NCBI GenBank assembly: GCA_032251035.1
Contig: JAVVEV010000023.1
Coordinates: forward strand, 7,545 to 31,544
Length of the DNA: 24,000 nucleotides
Direction of reading: 5' to 3'
DNA from: Thiogranum sp.
GTDB taxonomy: Bacteria > Pseudomonadota > Gammaproteobacteria > DSM-19610
The notes beneath the pieces were generated by a model that did not search any database, had not been told where the DNA came from, and worked only from the letters and a program-made list of their open reading frames with translations. Positions 8,196-16,214 of the stretch are shown here, one piece after another. How positions within the stretch are numbered: position 1 is the first letter of the stretch; each line of letters starts with the position of its first letter. Both the position numbers and the translations under genes were made by a program.

Positions 8196-8971
8196 ACACG
8201 CCGACTCGCCCTTTCAACCAGCCCGTCAGCCGTCTCGGTAAAGCCGTCTTTGCCTGCCTCGGCTGGATGGAACGGCATATCATCACCCACTCTCGCGTCG
8301 GCGCCACTGCATTCTTTGACACGGCGCTGTTCCCCTGGGTAGATACATTCAAATCGGACTGGCCTGCCATACTCGCCGAGGCGCAGGCCGTATTGCCCGA
8401 CCTGCAGGACCTGCCGGCATTCCAGGACATCTCTCGGGAAGTGGCGTATATCACCAATGACGACAAGTGGAAAACGTTCATGCTGCTCGGCTACGGTATA
8501 CGTTCCGAGGTCAATCTGCGCCGCTGCCCGGCCACTGCCGGCGCCTTGCGACACATTCCCGGCATACGCACTGCTTTCTTCTCCATCCTTGAACCCGGCA
8601 AGAAATTGCCGCCGCACCGCGGCCCTTATAACGGTTTGTTGCGCCTGCATCTTGGGTTGATCGTACCGACACCCGCTGAACAATGCTGGATTCGCGTCGA
8701 TTCCGAACGTCGATATTGGCAGACCGGCGAGGTGATGATTTTCGACGACGCACTGAACCACGAAGTGCACAACGATACAGATGGCCTGCGTGTTATCCTC
8801 TTTATCGACTTCCTGAGGCCTTGCCGCTGGCCCATCAATTGGCTGAACCGCCTGGTGGTCTTTATCGCGCGTTTCAGCTCGCTGGTGCGCGACGCCCAGC
8901 GCAACCAGGCGCGTTGGGAACGGGATTTCTACTCGCGTCCACCGAAACCAGTCGGCAAGATCATCGACTGA
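8192..8971 (+). CDS. Aspartyl/asparaginyl beta-hydroxylase family Fe(II)/2-OG dioxygenase (LpxO/OlsC-like lipid hydroxylase)
   Basis: The motifs LPPHRGPYNGLLRLHLGLIVP and MIFDDALNHEVHN are typical of the LpxO/OlsC family. I moved the start to the ATG at 8192 (MNTPTRPF), which overlaps the NRDE stop (ATGA). The track start at 8051 lies inside the NRDE gene. Confidence 0.75.
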   Translation: MNTPTRPFNQPVSRLGKAVFACLGWMERHIITHSRVGATAFFDTALFPWVDTFKSDWPAILAEAQAVLPDLQDLPAFQDISREVAYITNDDKWKTFMLLGYGIRSEVNLRRCPATAGALRHIPGIRTAFFSILEPGKKLPPHRGPYNGLLRLHLGLIVPTPAEQCWIRVDSERRYWQTGEVMIFDDALNHEVHNDTDGLRVILFIDFLRPCRWPINWLNRLVVFIARFSSLVRDAQRNQARWERDFYSRPPKPVGKIID

Positions 8972-8989
8972 AATACCGGCTGATGTGCA

Positions 8990-9367
8990 TTACCTGTCGG
9001 CTTTTGTTGCCACTGCCTCAACTCGCGCTGTCGCAACCAGGGTCGATTCGGCCCGGATTCTGTCGCGTCTCAGCCGGCTCAGACTATGCAGCTGGTTCTG
9101 GCTGGGATTTACGAGCATCAGACCGATGCCTTGTCCTGAGCGGTGAATGACATAGCCACACATGCGCTGATCGTCTTTTGCTCTATAGTCGCGCGACACG
9201 ACTTCGATCTCTATACAGATGTGCACAGGACAGATTCCCGGCAAGCAGTCGATAAACAGACCCTCCCGACTTACGTTGCGAATTTTCCCACGTCCGGCGA
9301 ACTTACCACAACAATAGACAGCAACATCCGCAGACACATCAGTACGATTACAAAGTCGATGATCCAT
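8990..9367 (-). CDS. PilZ-domain c-di-GMP receptor
   Basis: 125 aa with RxxxR (RLCNR at residues 4-8) and (D/N)xSxxG (NVSREG). It has a strong RBS (AAGGAGAACCG-ATG). Confidence 0.65.
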   Translation of the reverse strand: MDHRLCNRTDVSADVAVYCCGKFAGRGKIRNVSREGLFIDCLPGICPVHICIEIEVVSRDYRAKDDQRMCGYVIHRSGQGIGLMLVNPSQNQLHSLSRLRRDRIRAESTLVATARVEAVATKADR

Positions 9368-9432
9368 CGGTTCTCCTTGATCTACGGGCTAACGGGTGCG
9401 TCACCTGTATAGTCGTGTGAACAAGGCAATCA

Positions 9433-10773
9433 TTACGCGTGATTATCGTTCGCGGCACTCGATGTGAGTGAGTCCGGGTCATCCTCCTCCCGGCCCACCG
9501 ATTGTGAAACCCGCGCGCAACGCGTGCGCTCGAAAACCAGGCTCGCGATGTCAGCGGGAAACAGCATTTCCCAGTTCCACGCAAAAAATATGCGCACCTT
9601 GCGTGCGAAAGTCGGGATCTTCAGCAGATACACTCCGCGCCAGAGCAGCCATGCGATGAAACCGGAAATGCGTACACCAAAAATCTCCGCCACCGCCTTG
9701 TTGTGCCCGATGCTGGAGAGCTGACCAATAGGCCGGTAACGAAACGGTCGCGTCGGCTCGACCCGCAACACGCGGGCAATATTGGCAGCAAGCTGAGTTG
9801 CCTGGCGTTCGGCGAACTGCGCGGTGGGTGGGCATATTTTGTTGTCATGGGCGTTAGGGATTGCGGCACAGTCACCGATTGCCCAGACCCCCTCATGCTG
9901 CGCGACTGACATATCCGTCCGCGTCACGATACGCCCGCGCTCCAGCGTCAAGCCAAGCTTCAGAGCCAGCGGATTAGGCGCGGTGCCGATGGTACAAATT
10001 ACTGTGGCAGCGTGAATGCGCTTGCCAGAGGCCAGCTCGACACCCTCGCCGCTAACGTTCCTGGCGCGCTCACCACAATAAATTTTTATCCCACGGCGCG
10101 TCATTTTTCGTTGGGTGAACGTACCGAGTTTGCGAGATATCTCCGGCAGCAGGTGGTTGCCGCTGTGTATGAGAATAACGCTGCATTCATCTCGCTTGAG
10201 GGAATCATAGTATCGCAAGGCACTGTGCAGAAAATCGCAGATCTCTCCGGCTGTCTCAACCCCGCTGAAGCCGCCGCCGACCACCACAAACGTGGTCAGG
10301 ACGCGGCGCCGATCCGGGTCGCGCTGCAGTGCGGCCTGTTCGAGACGCGTTATGATCCGGTTACGCAGGTACAGCGCATCGCCCAGCGTCTTCAGTGGTA
10401 GCCCATGCTCTGCCATGCCAGGCACCAGATCAAGGTTGGCGTGCATTCCGCAACAGATGACCAGCTGACCATAATGAACAGGCCCGCAAGATTCGCCCGA
10501 GACAAAGAGGGTTCTTGTGGAAAAATCGATATCCGTTACATCAACCATGCAGAAAGCACTGCGCCTTATCATCTGCCGCAACGGCGCAACAACATGTCCC
10601 GGCAGTATTGACGCGCCTACCACTTCCGGTAGCAGCGGATTATAGGTAATAAAATTCTGGCGACTGATAACAGCGATCGAACGACTTGCCGGCAGTCGGC
10701 GCGCCAGGCGCCTGGCCAGCGCTGCACCGGCAAATCCTCCACCGAGAATTACTACATCGTAATACTGGCGCAT
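9433..10773 (-). CDS. ndh: Type II NADH dehydrogenase (NDH-2), FAD/NAD(P)-binding oxidoreductase
   Basis: Two Rossmann motifs (VVILGGGFAGA and FVVVGGGFSGVE), the GDCA motif (VWAIGDCAAIPN), and a C-terminal amphipathic/membrane tail. I moved the start to the ATG at 10773 (MRQYYDVVILGGG) with GGAG 6 nt upstream. The track start is 10839. Confidence 0.8.
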   Translation of the reverse strand: MRQYYDVVILGGGFAGAALARRLARRLPASRSIAVISRQNFITYNPLLPEVVGASILPGHVVAPLRQMIRRSAFCMVDVTDIDFSTRTLFVSGESCGPVHYGQLVICCGMHANLDLVPGMAEHGLPLKTLGDALYLRNRIITRLEQAALQRDPDRRRVLTTFVVVGGGFSGVETAGEICDFLHSALRYYDSLKRDECSVILIHSGNHLLPEISRKLGTFTQRKMTRRGIKIYCGERARNVSGEGVELASGKRIHAATVICTIGTAPNPLALKLGLTLERGRIVTRTDMSVAQHEGVWAIGDCAAIPNAHDNKICPPTAQFAERQATQLAANIARVLRVEPTRPFRYRPIGQLSSIGHNKAVAEIFGVRISGFIAWLLWRGVYLLKIPTFARKVRIFFAWNWEMLFPADIASLVFERTRCARVSQSVGREEDDPDSLTSSAANDNHA

Positions 10774-10994
10774 ATTGCACTCCGGCTGCGCCGACGTTTC
10801 TGCGGAGTGATTGTCGGACGTTACGTCAGGCGGATTCATTGGGAAATTCTGACATGGTTGTATTCGAGCCTGCGGTGGTGGAGCTGCTACAGAGCAACAA
10901 AGTTATCGACAACATCAAGTCGTGCGAGTTCAAAGATCGGACGGCGGATGCGAACCGGCAGGAGCACGTTCTGCAAGGCGTTTCGGACACGGCA

Positions 10995-11023
10995 GGAACC
11001 GTCTGGCCACGCCGGTAGTCATA
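10995..11023 (+). promoter_or_regulatory. Candidate autoregulatory ECF-type promoter GGAACC-N17-GTCATA
   Basis: The sequence is AGGAACCGTCTGGCCACGCCGGTAGTCATACGG, about 40 nt upstream of the sigma ATG. The GGAAC-N18-GTC spacing equals that of the published SigR/SigH-type consensus (GGAAT-N18-GTT). The same pattern occurs at 3366. Confidence 0.4.
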
Positions 11024-11065
11024 CGGCATAATTACCCTCTTTCTCGGTCAGCCGGAATAACATGT

Positions 11066-11680
11066 ATGGGTGAAGCAGCCGACAACTCCGCCTTCCCGGA
11101 ACCGGATCCCGGGCGCTGGCTGCAGGATTATGGCGATGTGCTGTATCGCTACGCGCTGCAGCGTCTGCGCGACTCCGCACACGCCGAAGATCTGGTGCAG
11201 GAGACGCTGCTGGCGGCGTTTCAGGCGCGCGCAAGCTACTCCGGCCGTTCTTCCGAGAAGACCTGGCTCATCGGCATTCTCAAGCACAAGGTGGTTGATT
11301 TCATTCGCACGCAGGTGCGCGAGTCGACCGTGGATGACATCAGCGCCTTGTCGGACAAGGGAGTGGAACATGATATCGACGACCTGTTCGACGCACGCGG
11401 CTTCTGGGTGCGCCCGCCAAGGGATTGGGGGAATCCGGACGCGGCACTGCATAACGATGAGTTTCTTGCCGCCTTCGAAGCGTGCCTGGCGCGTCTGAAG
11501 CCCGCTCTTGCCCAGGTCTTCGCTCTAAAGGAACTCGTCGGCCAGTCCAGCGAAGAGATCTGCAGGGAACTCGGGATTTCGACCACCAACTGTGGCGTAA
11601 TGCTATATCGCGCCCGCATGGGGCTGAGGCGCTGTCTCGATGTGCAGTGGCCCGGCGGCAATTCCAAAGGCACAAAATAA
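11066..11680 (+). CDS. ECF (group IV) sigma-70 family RNA polymerase sigma factor
   Basis: The sigma-2 region is LYRYALQRLRDSAHAEDLVQETLLAAF...WLIGILKHKVVDFIR. The sigma-4 HTH is SSEEICRELGISTTNCGVMLYRARMGLR. I moved the start to the ATG at 11066 (MGEAADNS). The track start at 10922 adds 48 Arg-rich residues. Confidence 0.85.
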   Translation: MGEAADNSAFPEPDPGRWLQDYGDVLYRYALQRLRDSAHAEDLVQETLLAAFQARASYSGRSSEKTWLIGILKHKVVDFIRTQVRESTVDDISALSDKGVEHDIDDLFDARGFWVRPPRDWGNPDAALHNDEFLAAFEACLARLKPALAQVFALKELVGQSSEEICRELGISTTNCGVMLYRARMGLRRCLDVQWPGGNSKGTK

Positions 11681-11952
11681 TGCGGTCATGTAAAGACATT
11701 TCTTTTCTCGTATCGCAGTCACTGGACCGGAAACTTGCGTTGCGCGAGCGGCTGGGCCTGCACCTGCACCTGATGATGTGCAACGCCTGTCGGTGTATGG
11801 CAGATCAGATGAAGCTATTACAGGCTGCCTCTCTACACTATCAGATTACCGAGGGACTCGAGTCCCACTCGGCGCAACAGGCGCTTTCGAGGGAAGCAAG
11901 CGACCGCATTCTCGCGCGACTGCAGCAGGCTGCTCGCGAACGTTCCGATTAG
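11680..11952 (+). CDS. Small soluble zinc-binding anti-sigma factor (zf-HC2 / ZAS)
   Basis: 90 aa. Its ATG overlaps the sigma stop (TAATG). It has an H30-x3-C34-x2-C37 motif (HLMMCNAC) plus Cys4 located 26 residues before the His. I see no hydrophobic transmembrane stretch. Confidence 0.7.
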   Translation: MRSCKDISFLVSQSLDRKLALRERLGLHLHLMMCNACRCMADQMKLLQAASLHYQITEGLESHSAQQALSREASDRILARLQQAARERSD

Positions 11953-12172
11953 TGCTGCGCGTCGGATTCTCCTGGCGCCATTGAGTATTTTGTCATCTGG
12001 CAATTGGTCGGATTCCGGACCGGGACATTACAGATAAATTTATTAATGCGCCCTCCTCTACCGTCTACGCAGAGTCAACTGTAAAGATCGCCTGGCGAAC
12101 CCGACTACATCACTGAACGCCGGGTGCATATTTACCCGGCCAGGTGATGAACGCAACACAGGAGTCAGTCGT

Positions 12173-12760
12173 ATGCGCGGTCCAGCCTTTTTTATGTTAA
12201 TGATGCTCGCGTTCGCCGGCGTTGCAGCTACACCGGCACCTGAACAGCTTATTCGTGAACAGGCCGGAAACCTGCTTGCACACATCGCCGTTGAGCAAGA
12301 TGGCGAGAACCTGGAAAACCTGGTTGCAGAGATCATCGCGCCTCATGTGGATTTTGAGCTGTTCTCGAAACTGGTACTGGGCAAGCACCGGCGCTCGCTT
12401 TCGGCCGCCCAGCAACAGCGTTTCAGGAACGGAATGACGCACCTGGTGATAAAAACCTACGCGACGGCGTTGTCGGGCACATCCAAACTGGAGATCGAAT
12501 ACCAGGGTCTACAAGAGAACAAGAACCCCGACCGGGTGGTTGTGCTTACCGTGGTGAGCTCGTCAGGCAACCCACCTGTCAGAATCGATTACAAGCTGCA
12601 CCGGAGGGACAACATATGGAAAGTCTACGATGTCGCGATCGAGGGCGTCAGCATGGCCATTAATTACCGTACCGTCATAGCAGAACGGAGCAGCCTGGAA
12701 GGTATAGACGCCGCTATCGACAGTTTGTCGGAACGACCGGTTACACTGGCTGCGCAATAA
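12173..12760 (+). CDS. MlaC/Ttg2D-family periplasmic lipid-binding protein
   Basis: 195 aa with a signal-like N-terminus. The C-terminal WKVYDVAIEGVSMAINYR is characteristic of the MlaC family. No other mla genes are adjacent. Confidence 0.65.
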   Translation: MRGPAFFMLMMLAFAGVAATPAPEQLIREQAGNLLAHIAVEQDGENLENLVAEIIAPHVDFELFSKLVLGKHRRSLSAAQQQRFRNGMTHLVIKTYATALSGTSKLEIEYQGLQENKNPDRVVVLTVVSSSGNPPVRIDYKLHRRDNIWKVYDVAIEGVSMAINYRTVIAERSSLEGIDAAIDSLSERPVTLAAQ

Positions 12761-12864
12761 CAACGCACCCACGGTGCGGGGAATGATCCATCGCGGACGC
12801 TGTCTACTGCCCTGGCCGGTGACCCGCCGTCATCCGGCATTCAAGCAAAAAAAGGAAAGACATA

Positions 12865-13710
12865 ATGAATCAAAATATCGGACGTTTTACCGATCGCGCC
12901 GCCTTACTGCTTCTTGCACCTCTAATCCTGAACGCGTCACTGGTTGTCGCGGAATCGGACGTTTATCGCAATCCTGTCGGTATGGAATTTCTTGAAATTC
13001 CCGCCGGCAGTTTCATTATGGGCACGCCGGATCTGGATGAAGCCATTGCCGAAAATCCGGACGGTCAGATCGATACGGTACGTGACGAACACCCCCCGCA
13101 TACAGTCACCTTCGCCACACCCTTTTATCTTGGCGCTACCGAGGTCACACAAGGCCAGTGGTTAGAGATTATGGACACCAGACCGGGGCCGGAAGCCTAT
13201 TGGTCGGACAGCGACTGGCAGCGCCTTCCGGTCGTCTCGGTAAGCTGGCACGACGCGCAACGATTCATTCAGCGTTTGCAGGTCCGCGACCCGAAAACAC
13301 GCTATCGACTGCCGACCGAAGCCGAATGGGAATACGCGGCGCGTGCCGGCACCCAGGGCCTGCGCCCGATGACAGTCCAGGCATTGCCTGAACAGGCCTG
13401 GTACATCAGGAATTCCGGCGACGTCCCGCATCCCGTTGCGGGCCGCGCGGCGAGTTCCTGGGGTTTGTACGACATGCTGGGAAATGTCTGGGAATGGACG
13501 CAGGACCGATATGCGCCGGATTACTACGCCCGCGCTGCGGATACTGACCCGCAGGGGCCGGCAACCGGCGACAAGCGTGTCCGTCGCGGCGGTTCCTATC
13601 ATTGTCCGCTGCACATGGTCCGGCCTGGCTACCGTTCCGCCGATGATCCTGATGCTGCATACTCCGTGATAGGCTTCCGCCTGGTCGCCGTACCGGATGA
13701 GCGCAGCTGA
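12865..13710 (+). CDS. Secreted FGE-sulfatase-fold protein (SUMF1/EgtB/PvdO family), probably not a true formylglycine-generating enzyme
   Basis: 281 aa with a signal-like N-terminus. Motifs are RLPTEAEWEYAARAG, GNVWEWTQD, RRGGSY and IGFRLV. Only one Cys sits in the RGGSYHCPLHMV segment where canonical FGEs carry a C-x4-C pair. Confidence 0.8.
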   Translation: MNQNIGRFTDRAALLLLAPLILNASLVVAESDVYRNPVGMEFLEIPAGSFIMGTPDLDEAIAENPDGQIDTVRDEHPPHTVTFATPFYLGATEVTQGQWLEIMDTRPGPEAYWSDSDWQRLPVVSVSWHDAQRFIQRLQVRDPKTRYRLPTEAEWEYAARAGTQGLRPMTVQALPEQAWYIRNSGDVPHPVAGRAASSWGLYDMLGNVWEWTQDRYAPDYYARAADTDPQGPATGDKRVRRGGSYHCPLHMVRPGYRSADDPDAAYSVIGFRLVAVPDERS

Positions 13711-13745
13711 CCGTGCGGCACAGAAAGGCGGATCGCGGCAATCGG

Positions 13746-15461
13746 TTACAGCACCGCGGGAAGTATTCTCGATAATGCGGGGCCACTCCGGATGAGCTGC
13801 TGAAAAGCAGCCGGGCCGACAGGCCGGCTGAACAAAAATCCCTGGGCTTCATCGCACCCGGCTTCTCGCAAAAACGCGTATTGCCCCTGCGATTCGATGC
13901 CCTCGGCGATCACCTGCATCCCGAGGCTGTGCCCGAGTTCGATAATGGAGCGCACAAGGATCGCGTCGCCGGACTCCCGCTCTACGTTGCTCACGAATGA
14001 CCGATCGATCTTGAGCCTCTCCAGAGGAAACTGCCGCAAATAGGCGAGCGAAGAGTAGCCGGTCCCGAAGTCGTCCAGCGCGATACCGACACCCAGCGCC
14101 TTGAGCTCCCGCAACTGGTCGATCGAATGAGGCACATCGTCCATCGCGAGGCTCTCGGTAACTTCCACTTCCAGGTACTGTGGCGGCAGGCCTGACTGTT
14201 CCAGCGTCTCGGCGATGGTCCTGATAATGTCCTTGCTGATGAATTGTCGCGCCGACAGGTTGACAGCGATGCGGATCGGCGATGCTGCTCCACGGTTCCA
14301 CGCCTGCGCCTGGAAACAGGCCTGGCGCAATATCCATTCGCCGATTGGAATAATCAGGCCCGACTCCTCTGCCAGGGGGATGAATTTCGACGGTGGCAGA
14401 AGTCCCATCACAGGATGATTCCAGCGCAGCAAAGCCTCGGCACCGATAATCGATCCCGAAGACAGCGCTACCTGCGGCTGATAAACCAGTTCCAGCTCGC
14501 CCCGCTCCAGCGCCTGCCGCAAATGGTTCTCCAGCATCAGGCGCTCTCTGGCCAGCGCCGACAATCCCGATTCATAGGCACGGAATCCACCGCCCGCGCC
14601 TTTCACCTGTTGCAATGCCTGGTCCGCGCAACTGATCAGGGAGATTGCATCCTGTCCATCGACGGGGTAACGCGAACTCCCGATGCCGGCACCCAGGAAC
14701 AGCTCATAGCCATCGACGTAGAGCGGCTCATTGAAACCGGCGACGATCTGAAGGGCCAGTTGTGATGCTGCCCCCGGCGAGCAGGGATCCTGCAACAGCA
14801 CCCCGAACACCTCACCCTCGTAGCGATACACGGACGCGGACTTCGCGGTGCCTGCGAACGCCATCACGATCTGCGCCAGGTGCCGCGACAGGACCTGGTA
14901 GAGCCTGTCGGCAATGCCGTGACCCATGCTGTCGATAATCCGTTGCGTGCGTTCGATGGTGACCAGCAGAACAGAGCCCTCTGCTGCCTTTTCTATGGCC
15001 TGCTGGATATCGGCGACGAGTCGGCGCCGGTTCGGAAGATCCGTAACCGGGTCGTGGAAGGCCATATGTTCGAGACGCCGTTCGGCCAGCACGCGCTCCG
15101 TGATATCCCGCAGATATACATGGAAGGTCCCGAAGTCCTTCAGGTGATGAACATTGGCTTCGTAATTCCGGGTGATCACAGCATACTGCCAATGGCCCCA
15201 GTCCGAATCCTGTTCAATCATGTGCTCGAGACGCCGTTTGACATCACTCGGAAGAAGCATCAGCGGAGCATCGACCGGTATGCCAAGCGCCATCATGGTC
15301 GCCCAGGCTCCGGGGTTGACGTAATCGATGCTCCCGGTGCGCGTCAACCTCAACACGGGATTCGGATTCCTTTCGACGAACATCGCAAGCCGCCGCCGTT
15401 TATGGATTCCCGAGCGGACCACTGCGAAGAACGCGGACATGACTTGAATCGCTCTCCTCAT
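13746..15461 (-). CDS. PAS-like / degenerate GGDEF / EAL c-di-GMP phosphodiesterase
   Basis: 571 aa. The GGDEF position reads YEGEVF, with no RxxD I-site. The EAL-domain motifs are intact: EALLRW, NLSARQ, EVEVTES, DDFGTGYSS, KIDRSF, EGIES, QGF. The N-terminus (FVERNPNPVLRL...YVN) looks PAS-like. Confidence 0.85.
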   Translation of the reverse strand: MRRAIQVMSAFFAVVRSGIHKRRRLAMFVERNPNPVLRLTRTGSIDYVNPGAWATMMALGIPVDAPLMLLPSDVKRRLEHMIEQDSDWGHWQYAVITRNYEANVHHLKDFGTFHVYLRDITERVLAERRLEHMAFHDPVTDLPNRRRLVADIQQAIEKAAEGSVLLVTIERTQRIIDSMGHGIADRLYQVLSRHLAQIVMAFAGTAKSASVYRYEGEVFGVLLQDPCSPGAASQLALQIVAGFNEPLYVDGYELFLGAGIGSSRYPVDGQDAISLISCADQALQQVKGAGGGFRAYESGLSALARERLMLENHLRQALERGELELVYQPQVALSSGSIIGAEALLRWNHPVMGLLPPSKFIPLAEESGLIIPIGEWILRQACFQAQAWNRGAASPIRIAVNLSARQFISKDIIRTIAETLEQSGLPPQYLEVEVTESLAMDDVPHSIDQLRELKALGVGIALDDFGTGYSSLAYLRQFPLERLKIDRSFVSNVERESGDAILVRSIIELGHSLGMQVIAEGIESQGQYAFLREAGCDEAQGFLFSRPVGPAAFQQLIRSGPALSRILPAVL

Positions 15462-15871
15462 GTCATCCGCCCGTTCGCCGGGTGTGACGGCCGGAATGCG
15501 TCGTCGAAGTGGCGGTCATGTCTTGTCCCTCATTGATTCAAATTGGCCTGCCATGGACTGTTTGCCTGTCCCGGGCGGCCGTCTGCATTTTTGTCGCGTC
15601 AACGACTGAATTCTTACGCCAAAAGCAGCCTTTTTGTAAGATTTTGCTGACGCTCTCAATGACTGAAAAACATTTGCACGCGGCAACCGGCTGGTTGATT
15701 TGCCCATGGCCTGGTGGATTTCCCCCAGCGAGTCACGGTGAACCGACCGGTCAGTCGGCCTGAAAAAGCGGCCCATGCTTCCGGGCATAGTTTCTGCATT
15801 TCTGCCGGAACAGCCGCTCCAAAGGAGCCGACCTGAAACTGGTGCTTAAACCATCAACAGGAGTGACAGCC

Positions 15872-16198
15872 ATGTCTGTGCAATCAAATACTATCTCCAG
15901 TGTTATGCTCGCCAGCGCAGTTGCGATCGCGATGTCAGCCAGCGCACCTGCCGTGGCGCAGGAAAAGGTAAAATGCTACGGAATCTCTGAAGCCGGACAG
16001 AACGATTGCAAGGCGGGACCTGGTACGACCTGTGCCGGGACCTCGACAGTAGACTACCAGGGCAACGCCTGGACTCTCGTTCCGGAAGGCGAATGTCTGA
16101 AGTATGGCGTAGCCGAGGATCAGGCGAAGTACGAGCTTCCCGGCGATCGCGTGGGCTCCCTGAAGCCGCTGGACCGGGACCTGCCCAAGAATACGTAG
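15872..16198 (+). CDS. bufA: DUF2282-type RiPP precursor (bufferin-1-like), Sec signal peptide plus 4-Cys core
   Basis: I moved the start to the ATG at 15872, with AGGAG 8 nt upstream. The predicted signal peptide ends AVA|QEKVKC. The core [28 protein letters not shown]...VPEGEC matches the DUF2282 signature (KCYG...NDC...CAG...C). It sits immediately upstream of DUF692. Confidence 0.8.
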   Translation: MSVQSNTISSVMLASAVAIAMSASAPAVAQEKVKCYGISEAGQNDCKAGPGTTCAGTSTVDYQGNAWTLVPEGECLKYGVAEDQAKYELPGDRVGSLKPLDRDLPKNT

Positions 16199-16214
16199 CA
16201 GTCTGTCGGGACGC

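Noticed and set aside
6928-13710. The idea that the DinB-like protein (6928-7461) and the FGE-fold protein (12865-13710) together represent a split EgtB-type sulfoxide synthase.
   Set aside because: They are 5.4 kb apart in different transcription units. One is cytoplasmic-looking and the other has a signal peptide. No EgtD/EgtC-like genes are present.
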